Shown piece by piece: positions 50,901-62,305 of a DNA stretch of 64,000 bases (position 1 is its first letter; the number at the start of each line of letters is the position of its first letter). The translations under genes and the position numbers were made by a program. Where the stretch lies: the NCBI GenBank assembly GCA_965644295.1, contig CBFFRP010000428.1:62001-126000 (forward strand), written 5' to 3'. This stretch comes from Paraphysomonas bandaiensis. Lineage: Eukaryota > Protista > Chrysophyceae. Under the pieces are notes generated by a model. It had not been told where the DNA came from and did not search any database. It saw only the letters and a program-made list of their open reading frames with translations.

Positions 50901-53512
50901 CTTCAAGACTACGAGAGTTGTGGTGCGAAAAGGACTAATTGTGGCGTTTAGGGCGCTAGTAACTGCTGGGAAAGAGCAGATAGAAGAAAAAGTCCCTATT
51001 CACGTACGTGATATTGCCGAGTTGACTGGTGACTATAACCGCAGGCTGTACTCAAAACCTCGTTCTTGTGACGACAAGAGAGGTGGATCGTCATCTACGC
51101 CGGCTTCGGGTGACACGCCCAATAAGTCTACGGCGGATGAGATTCCAGGGAAGAGAATGTCCCTTCGTACTTTGCCGGAGAGTAGTGCGGGTGCTGTACC
51201 GAGTGGGGTCAGCGCGAATCGTGTCTTTGAGAATGTACCTTCTTGTGTGCCAAGTGAGAATAGTGGTACTGTACATGCTGAGTCAAGGGAGACCAGTGGT
51301 AAACGTACGCGAATCCGAAGGGTGTTGACTAATGTGTCCACCCTGGGTGAGGTAAACCTTCTCCATGACGAGGAGATTGTTAACTTGTGTGATGAGAGTG
51401 ATTGCGCACTTATGTCTAACTCGTCTACTTATAGAGAGCCTGAGACGTATGAAGAGTCATTGACATGTCCTGAAGCTTCAAATTGGAAGGAAGCTAGACG
51501 ATTAGAACGGAATGCATTATTCAAGCGGGAAGTGTTTAATGTCGTTGAGACGCCACCTGGTGTTAGACCTCTAAAGTCCAGATATGTGTTCAAACGAAAA
51601 TACAATAAAGATGGATCAATAAAAAAGCATAAAGCTCGTCTGGTCGCTCTGGGATATGGTCAAAGGACAGGTATAGACGTCGAAAATACATTTGCTCCTG
51701 TGGTGAAATCGATTACGGTTAGACTAATCATTGCCCTTGCTTTCATGTTTAGTATGCACATCCATCAACTTGACGTGTCGAATGCATTCTGTTATGCTAA
51801 AATCGAAGGAGACGTGTACATGGACCCTCCTCCCGATTTTCAGTTGCCACCAGGACACTGTTTCAAACTATATCGCTCACTATATGGCCTTCGGAGTTCT
51901 CCACGTTCATGGTGGAAGACCATACATGGATTTATAAAGTCTTTGGGATTCAAACCCTGCATTTTAGAACCATGTCTATATTATATGATGTACAAAGGTC
52001 ATCGTGTGTACTTAACCATATACGTTGATGATATAGTAATCGCTTGTGCGGATCTGACTATTTTGACAGAAATCAAGAAACGGTTTTGTGAAAGATTTGA
52101 CATGTCAGACATGGGAGAATTAGAGCATTTTCTCAACGTTCGAGTTACAAGGACCAAGAATTATATTCAACTTGACCAATCGACATACGCTGAAAAAATT
52201 CTCACCAAATATGCAGCATTCCTTGGACCTTCAAACAAAGTTCGCAAATCCCCACTACCTGTAGATGCCATGGACAGGATTAATTGCACTGATAGTGAGA
52301 ACTCATCTCAGGAGGAAGAGGGAGTCGACAATTATCCCTATCGTAGCTTACTAGGTGCCATGCTATATCTATCAATGAATACGCGTCCAGATATTGCGTA
52401 TGCTGTTGGCCTATTGTCACGATATGCTTCGAAACCAACAAAGGCTACATGCAAGTTGATGACTTATTTGTTACAATACATCAGGGGTACTGTGCGGAAA
52501 GGTATTCGGTTCAGTGGTAAGAGCTTTGACATGCATATTTTCACAGACGCTGACTGGGCAGGCGATACTGTGTCACGAAGGTCGACAACTGGATACATTG
52601 TGTTTGCAGCAGGTGGACCACTCACCTGGCAATCAATCTTACAAGTTACTGTGTCTACGTCTTCAATGCAGAGTGAGTACCAAGCTATGTACGCTGGCAT
52701 GCAAGAACTGGTGTGGCTTCGGGGGGTGTTGGCCGAATTGGGACTTCGACTGTACGAACCCACTCCATTTTTTTTAGATAGCCAGAGTGCTCGTGATCTA
52801 GCATTAAATCCAGTGTTCCACAAAAGATCAAAACACATTGAAATCAAATACCACTGGGTGCGTGAACATGTAGATCCAGAAGGACGTTTTAACACTGCGA
52901 TATTGTATCACGTTGGAACTGATAACCAGACTGCAGACATATTTACGAAATCTTTGTGTGGCGTTATATACGAGAAGCATAGAAAGAGATGTCTAGGAGA
53001 AGATCAGAAGTCATCTGTGGATGTCATCAGAGAGAATTCATACAAACGAAACAGAGGCTCATAAACGTGTTGTCTACGGAGAGGCTAGCTGAAACGTCGG
53101 AGCCATACGTCCACCGGTTTGTCCTATACGGTTTCGGTGGTTGCGTATCCGTCAGTTATGCCATGTGTTACAGCTTTGAATTGAGAGGGAGTGTTGAGTT
53201 TTTGCTGTTTGTGAGCAATTAAAAGCTGTAGTTTCCAAGATATTAGAATTATATCCGTTACTCAAAGAATACAGTAGTAGCTAGCTGTAGTATGAGAACC
53301 AATAATATGATAGCCATTGTAGTGATAAAACTGAAATATACTGACTGTACAAGATAGTGACGATGTAAGATCGTACTAGAAATGGTTGGTGTAGTAGAGA
53401 TAGAAAGAGTTGGTGAACGTCAATGAATGAAGTATGGTATCTCTTATAATTATATAATATTCCATATAAGTGTTAACAAAGGTCTTATTACTAAAAATGT
53501 CTATTTCTAACA
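47996..53512 (+). mobile_element. Ty1/Copia LTR retrotransposon, 321-bp LTRs, 5-bp TSD CTCTG
   Basis: LTRs at 47996-48316 and 53192-53512 look identical; PBS TGGTAGCAGA (initiator-Met-like) at 48317; PPT GAGAGGGAG; TSD on both sides. Confidence 0.98.
48301..53064 (+). CDS. Copia Gag-Pol polyprotein, uninterrupted
   Basis: Two zinc knuckles, YLDSCAS protease, integrase (HKRCGH, HSDGGAE, NGVSERRN), RT (KARLVA, QLDVSNAF, LYGLRSSPRSW, YVDD) and RNase H (DADWA, SKHIEIKYH). Confidence 0.97.
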   Translation: MSISNMVADSSSEWKLLPKFDQFGVVNWSKNLKVWLMRKNRNHLGLEDRPVRPANNAPVTVRNKYKEDLDKWLERKDTCISSIFEAVQPVAEALEIVDQYFREKDMLPQDHPDKEQLASELISRLIVRFRGEIQYELVELNKKFAGFKILPGELVCAAIDRLNGICQKMSELGEPPTDIAKKTKLQTALETRSDLEQLYTNLYLQGDITFIDMITICRRYDQAKGVPKEGTDEVNMNSTADENEVCSYPKCGKRGHSQKSCWKKKRDLKIAKLRRQGKSRGARNRSESRRDNNEKKKSDGCYVCGDTRHRAYKCKFRAQVRSDSAQGDKNRPFLDEKPAKRTDWNRFLRREEQEEDSDSVNMIMYEEPHDDSCVSEEVLHTSDESVYLDSCASNKLFIVKDRNFLHTVKKEDGNIQTTRAGSSLHYEETGGFGDWTDIKICPGSVKNICSGGILRSHGYGLQLLNKPTVVRLDTGETVLEATYSSNGMPYVNLQEILDLPNLTMLEEVYLSDKVHEDPLEMLHKRCGHVSKHKLIEAFKHRLFTGSGLTRRHLSKKSLRKMKGICKACAKSKMTRKSFTAKRDDELQATEFLEKVSVDIAVYFNCSSRQGYKYVLTLSDIATKEFWEYPLETRSANEVLSCVKDWVERKLPTYPGSHRLIQYHSDGGAELIDKSIQQYLMSKFGTSITWSSTDSPEMNGVSERRNRTLGEMTLALLMDSGLPVIFWWDAYVYACMIVRRMPTRTYRGWMSPMECVPGGSVPDLSRFRRWGCKAYVLIPKGDRRKDWQEKSQTGYFIGLSNTKKGSRVWLGDKEVVSVHVLYDESIPPRDKEYYAELEEALVKTDPLDRSVEEFKHLIGSYHVDDGFLFKTTRVVVRKGLIVAFRALVTAGKEQIEEKVPIHVRDIAELTGDYNRRLYSKPRSCDDKRGGSSSTPASGDTPNKSTADEIPGKRMSLRTLPESSAGAVPSGVSANRVFENVPSCVPSENSGTVHAESRETSGKRTRIRRVLTNVSTLGEVNLLHDEEIVNLCDESDCALMSNSSTYREPETYEESLTCPEASNWKEARRLERNALFKREVFNVVETPPGVRPLKSRYVFKRKYNKDGSIKKHKARLVALGYGQRTGIDVENTFAPVVKSITVRLIIALAFMFSMHIHQLDVSNAFCYAKIEGDVYMDPPPDFQLPPGHCFKLYRSLYGLRSSPRSWWKTIHGFIKSLGFKPCILEPCLYYMMYKGHRVYLTIYVDDIVIACADLTILTEIKKRFCERFDMSDMGELEHFLNVRVTRTKNYIQLDQSTYAEKILTKYAAFLGPSNKVRKSPLPVDAMDRINCTDSENSSQEEEGVDNYPYRSLLGAMLYLSMNTRPDIAYAVGLLSRYASKPTKATCKLMTYLLQYIRGTVRKGIRFSGKSFDMHIFTDADWAGDTVSRRSTTGYIVFAAGGPLTWQSILQVTVSTSSMQSEYQAMYAGMQELVWLRGVLAELGLRLYEPTPFFLDSQSARDLALNPVFHKRSKHIEIKYHWVREHVDPEGRFNTAILYHVGTDNQTADIFTKSLCGVIYEKHRKRCLGEDQKSSVDVIRENSYKRNRGS

Positions 53513-53985
53513 CTCTGAAGGATCTCTTCAAGCCTCATCTCAATCTCTACTTTTGCTCTTTTGAGTCTTCCTCTTCATATATCGTGGTAGATATCTGAAT
53601 ATTAACTGAGATATTAATATTTGATGACTAGATTTTCATCTCAGTTTCGGATTATTTTTGGTGTGATTAGCAAATTACACTAAGTTGACTAGTGTCCAAT
53701 TATAGATCTCTGAAAGAAAACAGCGTATTATCGTATTATCTCAGCGAAAAATTCTGATTAACGTTGGTGGAATGAATGAAGAGCAGTGCTTGTATGACAA
53801 GTGTCATTCTATATTTTGTAGTTAAGTAGTTATCATGTATATATCAAATGATACTTGTACCATCATGGCTAAAATAGTAGCCTGATGGTAATACCATAAT
53901 TCGCTACGAAACTACGCACACACTACTACTCATGAAATTAATAATTACTGACAGTCTTAAACATATTACATAGTGGCATTACAGA

Positions 53986-56857
53986 TCATCTCGACTCCAG
54001 CATTTGTTTAGATTCCTTAACTTCTCGTAATAATGTGCTGTACGCAGACATATCAATGGGATCGATACCGCAAATTTCTCTAATCCTTTCGCCATAGTAT
54101 TGAACATCCAGCAGCATCTGCAGTGCAATCTTCTCAGAATCTGTTATCGATCCGCCAGAGGTAGCCTGTTGCTGTCGCAGCTTCGACCTCCGTTGCAATG
54201 CACTATCCATCTGCTGCGCTGTTTCCATAAGAGCCTGTACCTGTTGACTATAGGCTGTGGTCACGCTCTCCACTATTCCTCGTGCCCACTCTTGCATTGA
54301 AAAGCCATCAGTATGAGGTAGTTTGGAGATTGATACTCCATGCTTGTCAACAAAAGACCTGAAATTAAATTAGATTGCAAACATTGCGGCTCAGGCACTC
54401 ACTTCAGAGGTTTCAGTATAGTGACCACGAAACCAGATGGGGTATCCGGCGCAGGCTTGTTTGTCATCCTAAATTTACCTGCAACAGACTTGACAGCCTG
54501 GAAATACACAGTTAAGCACCCACACCCCATCAGCACCACCCCTACCTTTAGCCCACTCTTGCACTCTGCAGCTATAATACCAGCTATCCGCGCCCACAGC
54601 GCCGGACACACATGAAGTATTGCCTCCGCCTGGAGCTGAAGACAGCACTCAATGGGCCCTTCATCAGTACCGATTAGTCTATCTCCAATGATAATCTTCC
54701 GAGAGAGAGGTGCAAATACACGTACAATCCATGAAGTGAGTGTGTGGAGGTCTTCAACGCAGCGCACTAGATCACCCACAGCAACAGGAGCTCCGCTCCC
54801 ACCAGCAGAATGACCACCTTTCACAGGCGTTCCTTCAGCAGCCGCAGTTGTTTCCCCAGAGGCTCGATGTCCAGCCAAAGCAAGAAGGTGTTTCTCGTAG
54901 CAAGACATTACTCGTACCGCGAGAGAGAACAGTTTCCCACCAAGAGGGGGTAAATATACATCTGAGTGTAGACACGTCAGAATCTCAGCAACAGTCACTC
55001 TGGTAAAATCTAGCTGCCAGTCCTGTACTACTGATCCGCACATATCTTCTTCTATAATCGATAGACGGTCGGCAGGGATCGAGAGAGAGATATTTCGTGC
55101 ACCCTCACCCTCTTTTCGAGGAGAGTAGACCTCATCGAACACCTTGGAGCACATGCCATGAGCACTGACGATCTCCACTGCAGCCTCCACGCGAGACTGT
55201 ACCTCCTGTACCCTCAGCTATACAGAACGTATTACAAAACTAATTAAAGCATACCAGATATTACCTGGAAATGTAGGTCCATTTTCCATGCCTGCCTGAA
55301 AGTAATAACTGAAGGATGCTTTTCCAGGCGGCGCCGGACAATCTCTTCCCATCTGGACCCACATAGCCCTCCTAGACCGTCCAGAAATCTTTCCACATTT
55401 CTGTGTGCCCTATGGAAGACCCGAGCAATACCGGAATTGAACATACCAGAAAACCCCTGCTGTAAAGCCCCAGCAACTGGACGCCACACTCCTCCTACTA
55501 CCAGGTCCACTTCGGGATTGTGTCCTCCAGGAACAGAAAAGAGTTCCTCCGATAAGATAAACACCTGGCGTGCAGCAGGGGAAAATGAGTCTAGCAAAGA
55601 CTGAAGAGCATCTCCAAGGCCTGAATAGGAGCCTCGTCCCTCCGTCCCATCTACCTTGCCCTGTGTTATATGAGACCTACTCCGAGGGGCACACAAGTTA
55701 GTCAAACACATTATATACAGACAACGACCACACCGTATAAGAGGAGTCACCAAGGCTTCTGCGACCAGTTTCTCAGCGTCTTCAGCGTGCCCTACCGCTA
55801 CCATTCCCCGAAGTAAATGTCCTAATGCTCGCCTCTCCGGAGTTGAGAGCGCATCATTTCCTGCAGCCGAGGACAGAATTCGAGAAGTATGAGAACGTAG
55901 GCGATCCTCTAATCGAGAAAGCTGAGACTGGACCTGGGCATCCAGCGACCGGCGCAAAGCTATTGACGACGCTCCCTCAGCCCCCTGAGATTGGTGAGAA
56001 TGCAAAGCCGCTCTGGCACTGGACAGAGACACCGCTGCTCGCTCTAACTCGGAGCACTGAAATACTTCCTGTGATACACCTCTGGCCTCCAGCATTCTAC
56101 AACCAGTTAGTCTAATGGTAAAGTGCAAAAGTCAAGTATACCTGCTCAAATCTTTACGTGAACGTGTCCTAGAAGCAGAAGAGTTCGTATTAACTATTTC
56201 TGAAGTCGAAGATATTTGTCCCAATACCACATCCACGTCACTTAGCTTAGCCATGCATGCCAAGGACGACTCAAGCATGCGCCGGCGATTCGAAACCTGC
56301 ACACGTTATGAACACAAGAAAATATATGTTACACACACACCTCCTCCCGCTGCTGCATTTTCGCCTTGAGGGCCTGTATATTTGACACCTGGCACACATA
56401 ATTAGCGTGTATAACGGTATGAAATAATACCGCTACCATAGTATCGTTCAGCATCGTCAAATCCATACGCAAGTCCACAAGTGGTTTACGCAAATGATCT
56501 ACTCGAATATCGACCCCTTCAAGCTGTAATTATTAATATTAGAGGTGGAGAGCAGCAAGAGCTTCATGAGGAGAAGCAGGCCGATCAGTTACCTTAGTTG
56601 CTATAGTGATGAAGTCCTTATAGTCCCTGTTAATGATATCGTACAGCTACACACACGTTAATATCCCATCACTCGTCTGTCTCTGCCCTCACCTGTTCCT
56701 TGAGGTGAGTGCAGTATAGCTGCAGCTGGTCTCTGAGTGAGTCCAGTGACGACACTCGTCTGTACTTCGCTATGAACGAAGAGGCACTGAAACTGCAGTC
56801 CTCAAACTCCCCCTCGCTGAAGAGAAAGTCGGAGGAAGTGTCAGGAGAGATGGGCAT
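53986..56857 (-). CDS. COG2: Conserved oligomeric Golgi complex subunit 2, multi-exon
   Basis: FIAKYRRVSSLDSLRDQL...LYDIINRDYKDFITIATKLEGVD and C-terminal TDSEKIALQMLLDV. Confidence 0.9.
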
Positions 56858-57261
56858 GTTGATAGCAGGCTATATGGTGAGATGGAGGGTGTGGATGGAG
56901 GTATCCGCTATATATATATATATATATATATATACATACTGCTGTCTCTGTGCGTGATATCAGCTAGGAGAGGTCTGTATACATATATATACAGTATACA
57001 GAGATACACAGATAGATGCATAGGTACAGCAGTACAGCACTGATGGATGTATTATGCAAAGTATACGTACAAATGTATACAACACTACAATCATGTATAC
57101 TGATGGAATACTGAGAACAGTGTGCGAAGGAATAAACTGACCAATCAGATGCCACGCTCAGATTCACGTGCTGTATCTCTGTATATGTATGCATCCATGA
57201 GAGACATGCAGTATATATGCATATCTAGCCTGGCCTGCTGGTTCATGCGCCGCACACATAC

Positions 57262-59058
57262 ATGCCCACTCTCACCCACCCTGTTACCAAAATGAAGCGT
57301 TCATACCTCAGTAAATTAATAGTACGGAGAGAATATTTCATTTCCATCGCATCTGTATCGATCGAATGGTTCAGAGATGTGTATCGAGCCACAGTGGCCA
57401 CTTTAGTCGTAAACGCACACCTTATTCCGTTTTTCTGTGCTGGGATTGTATTTATGCTCTGCGGATTGACACTTACACGTGCTCTCGTTCATGTTTTGGT
57501 TGTCTTAACTGAAATTGTGTTATTCATTGGGATAGTTTCTGCAGCTCATGCCAGGTACGATATAATGTATACACAGAATTGATATCGACAATACTTGTGT
57601 TTTTAAGTATTCGTACAAAAATTGGTGCTATTGACAACGGGTTTGGAGCAAACTGGATAAGCTGGTCCTCGTTTGTTGGCGCTACATGCATTCCTGTGGT
57701 TACAGCTGTAGCCATGGTGTTACGCCTCTTGGCGACTCCATCAACAGGACTATTTCTGTATCAGTTACAGCAAGATGCCATCTGCTGGTGTATAGTTGCA
57801 GTTTGTCATGTTGTCTACGTTCTGTTAACCTTCAGGGGGTCTCCTGAACGAACAGGTATCCGCGAGGTACCCCTTTCTCGTCGAGGCGGAGCTCTGGTTG
57901 GTCATATCAGCGACACGGTATGATTTTTATGGTGACGTGATAGTAGGGTTTTTACTTTTCTCTATTCTAGCTGTATGATTACTTTCAGGGTCGCATCGTA
58001 TCGGAGGAAGAACTACGAAGTGATGGCCTCTATGTTATGGGTGCACAATAGAATTTATTTAGTCCCCAGTTTTACTATTGATAGGTTTTCATCCTCATGG
58101 AGTAATGCCTCTGACACCTTTTTGGATGCTGAACTGCAGTGAGTGGCGGCGCTCTTTCCCAGGTTCTGAACAAAGATAAATAGTTGTCTATCTGATATCA
58201 GGAATGGTGTAACTAACAGGGGTTGTAGTGTCTCCACTTACTGCCTACGCCTGCCATGTCGTCCCTGTCATCCGTGACTTGGCGCAGTGGATGGGGTGCC
58301 GTGATGTCTCTAGAGAAAGTTTTAAACAGGCATTAAGAGAAGGGAGGAGTTGTTTGGTGGTGCCTGGTGGTCAAGCGGAGATGTTGGAAAGTAAATCCAC
58401 CATCGATGACATCATGTGAGTTGTATTATACCTTGAACTTTGTATTTGACCATACTGTCAGCGTGCATACGAAGCACAGGGGGTTTATTAGACTTGCGAT
58501 GCAGGTACGACAGTCATCTGCTAAGCCACAGACTAACGGTCAGAAGTAGGCTGGGGCAGAGCTTGTACCAGTATTATCATTTGGAGAAGTAGATGTCATG
58601 GATAACATCTCCTGTCCAAGTGTACAAGTATGCACCGTTGTATATCTATCTATATACCTTAATCAAAAATACTGTAGCAATGGTTTCTTCAGCACGTTGG
58701 AATTGCGTTTCCGCACTCACCTTACGGCGCTTGGGGTCTTCCAATTCCGAGGCGGCGAAGGATAACTGTCGTCATTGGCAAAAGTATAAAGATTCCCCAT
58801 ATTTCAGATCCCACCAACGATGATGTGAAGCGGGTTTGGATAGCTCGTTGTACTTTTTGTGGGTAAGACTGATCGTAGGTACACGATATCTATCTAGCAT
58901 CGCTTGTTCAATTGTTCGAGATGCACAGAGATATAGCCAATGAACCGAAGGGTCGAAGGTGAGTTAAACAATGAATTGTGATTTATTTTAATTGCCTTTG
59001 TATTAGATTAACTTTTGTGGATGGCACTGGTGAGCGTCATCACGTTCACAGCGATTAA
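57262..59058 (+). CDS. DGAT2/MGAT-family acyltransferase, multi-exon
   Basis: Spliced motifs YF, HPHG, VPGGQAEM, RGFIRLA and LVPVLSFGE; extended TM N-terminus. Confidence 0.9.
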
Positions 59059-59894
59059 ATATTTAGTATTCCTACTCTGTGCCTGATCACAATTCTTCTC
59101 ATTTTTTGCTACCTTTATGTACTTTTTAACTTTATTTATTTAATATTTGACGATGCTTATACATATAATTGTTATTCTTATCAATATTAATAATAACATA
59201 ATACTGAAACGTAACAAAAAAATGAATTACTTTACTGCTAAAGACGTATGTCACTACATACCACTTATCATACTTATATCAGTATTCTGTGGGCTCTGGT
59301 CTATATAAGCGCCTAATCGATAACTACGAATGCAACATATTTCATATAAATTCGGATGAATCAGCTCATTTCTATGAAATCGCATTTGCTCCATTAAAAT
59401 TAGCAGGTCAAATTGAATCGATATGGCCACAGACTGGACACAGTGCAGCACTGGCGGTGGCACAAATTGCAACACACATACCTGCAGTAGGAACCTACCA
59501 CTGCGAGTAGTCCACCGCCGTATATATGTTATACCGAGCCTACAGGATGTATTCCATGTATATGTACACACGCTTTCTCCTCCAGCCACAACAGCCTGTA
59601 GTCGTGTTCATACTACGTGACATGTATACCGATCATACACATCCACACAGAAACATACAGCACCGTCCATACTTTACCATCCACACACACCTTAATAGCG
59701 ACGTCCCTCGACAGGAATACCTTCCTACATATATATATACACACATACGTACATATATATATACATATATTCGAGGTGACCAGAGCACCTTGTCCATTGA
59801 ACACCTGTTTATAGCTCATAATCTTACCTCTAATCTCATCTCAAAGGTAAGAGTGATGGTGTGAATGCGTGTGTCTCATATGCGTAGCAGTGAT

Positions 59895-60965
59895 ATGGAC
59901 TCTCTACTAGCACAGAGAAATAAGACTTTACTCGTTGCTGGCGCTGTGACCGCCGCAGCTCTAGGAGGCTTCTACTACTACTTCACATCATGTCAGGTTA
60001 GTGTCTGTGGAGTGCTGTGTGATCGCTATTAACAATATATATATACGTATATTTGAAGGCATGCGACGAGCAGCTGCTGCCTGCGCTCGAGTTGGAAGAA
60101 ACACAAAAAATTATGGCTAAAATTCTTGAGAAGTTGAAGTTCATAGCTCTGAAGCACTCTCGAGCTGGACAGCACATCAAAATGCAATTAGAGCAGCAGG
60201 GACAACAGATGGCAGACGAAGACGTCATGAGACATTTCATTCTCCCACATTTCGAGAATGCTTTTGAGGAAGCTCAAGAAGAAGTTTTAGATGTAAGACA
60301 ACGCAAATAAGTTCTACTAAAGTGTGTGATATTCAATGAAGGAATTTGATTGTGAGGAATCTGAGTTGCAGGAGGCTGCGCAGTATTATGCCAAGCAGGG
60401 TGACTCCAAGCTGCAGGAAATTATCAATAAGATCCAACAGATGCACAAGCAGTTCGGAGGTGAGAACGAAGGTGTGGGCGGCACTGGAGGATCCAGTGCG
60501 GGTGGAAGTGGCTCTCAACGAGGCGGTGGTGGTTCCAAGGATATGTCTCTGGGGGAGGTGATAGCTGTACTACAGGCTCTGTCTGAGAGAGTGGGCAACG
60601 GGACTGATGAATACGTGGAGGAATTCAAGCGTGTGAATGGTCTGCCCGAGAGCAAGGATGCCATGATGCGCTTCCAGCAGGGTATGCTCGAGATGTCCGA
60701 GGCGTAAGTACTATGTCTTTTTCCTGTGTTAGCTAATGGTGATTCACAGAATGGAATCGGCGGTTTTGGAGGCTTACGGAGTCACACAACAAGACTTTCA
60801 GCAGGCTCTTATGGCAAACCAAAACGACCCAGTATTACAGCAGACAGTTATGGCTATGCAGGTACGTACTGATTGTCATATTTTGTGAAGTGTAGTTGAC
60901 ATGATTATTTTCAGATGGCGAACCAGCAGAGGCTTGCAGCGCATGGAATCCAACTTCAAATGTAA
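59895..60965 (+). CDS. Uncharacterised helical protein with an N-terminal membrane anchor, 5 exons
   Basis: LLVAGAVTAAALGGFYYYF followed by a spliced open frame ending ...GIQLQM*. Confidence 0.75.
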
Positions 60966-61500
60966 GCAATGAGTTACCGCTCTACAATATATACCACGCA
61001 ATATGTGCTTGGTTTTTTGTGTCGAGGATAGTTTGCAGATAGTGTAGTGACTATGTTCTTTCCTTAACGCCTACTAGAAATGAGAAATAGCAGCAATTGC
61101 GTATACTTGATAATGAAAGTGGGAATTTTTAGCCTGATTGATCTCCGGCGTCTGACTTTTGACTACTAAGCAAGCTTATTCACGAAAATATTGATGTACA
61201 GCGTATAAAAATGCATAAATAACTACTTGTTACAGCAATATGACATCAATGTGCTACTGCCTTCACCCTTCATAGTACAATAGGAGTAGTAGTATGACAG
61301 TTAACAGTTACTATTATAAGAACAACATTTCAACTGTTTTTTCTTTCTATAGTTCCTAATTAGTGAATGAAATATACTTTCCCCTAAGTCTAGTACTTTT
61401 AATTCGATACGCAAACCATATTACTACTCTTTATGACAACAGCTTTATTAGTGTATCATAGTACGTAGTACGAATATAGTTAAAGTACTATGATCTATGA

Positions 61501-61876
61501 TAGGGAAATATTATTCAACCTAGTCAAATTGGTTGAATTACCTAGTCACACTATTTTTGGTGGAATAACCTAGTCAAACTACTAAATGATTCAACCTAGT
61601 CAATTTTAGTTATAAAGTTATAAACCTAGTCATAAAATGTACTCGCATATAACTACGCATTAAAGAACGATGAAGTCACACAGCAGGTAAAGTGAAACCA
61701 AGGCAGCATATTTGAGTGGAAATTATTATTTTTGACTAGGTGAATACCCTAAAACACCTAGTCAATCTAGTCATTGTAAACTGAAAATATGAATTATTAA
61801 ATGACTAGATTTTACGCCAATTTTGGCGTGACTAGGTAGTTCAACCATTTTGACTAGGTTGAATAATACATCCCTA
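61501..61876. mobile_element. MITE with about 49-bp TIRs (TAGGG...CCCTA) and internal AACCTAGTCA motifs, hAT-like
   Basis: Left TAGGGAAATATTATTCAACCTAGTCAAATTGGTTGAATTACCTAGTCAC vs right (reverse complement) TAGGGATGTATTATTCAACCTAGTCAAAATGGTTGAACTACCTAGTCAC; TSD ambiguous. Confidence 0.85.
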
Positions 61877-62038
61877 CAATGATATTATTTACTACTTCCG
61901 TGATTCCGCATTAGTCACAAAATAATTTTTAAATAACAGCGTTATTTTGGGATACTATATACAGTAAGCAAACTTTTGTGGTTGTAAGTGTAGCAATAGA
62001 CACAAATGCAACGTAGATGATGATAGTGTGAATGGTCA

Positions 62039-62305
62039 CCCCTCAACAAAGTTGGACTCGCACCTTTTCGTGGTGTTCTGGGGAGTAAGTACCGCAGATA
62101 TTCCTCTGGCAAACTAACGTGAGCCGCAAACATAGACAGCAGATATTTGTTCTGTCACCCTCAACAAAGTCGGACTCGCACGTTTTAGTGGTGATCTGGG
62201 AGATAAGTACCGGAGAGATTCTCTCTGGGAAACTAACGTGAGCCGCAAACATAAACTCATAGCCGAATGCTTGTGTGGTACAAGGGACACCAATAAGAGT
62301 CACTT
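62039..62305 (+). mobile_element. SINE-like element, copy D: tandemly duplicated head
   Basis: Two consecutive CCCTCAACAAAGT..GGACTCGCAC...CTAACGTGAGCCGCAAAC units about 119 bp apart, truncated downstream. Confidence 0.8.

Noticed and set aside
52464-52895. Antisense ORFs over the retrotransposons and host genes
   Set aside because: Shadow ORFs of real coding sequence on the opposite strand.
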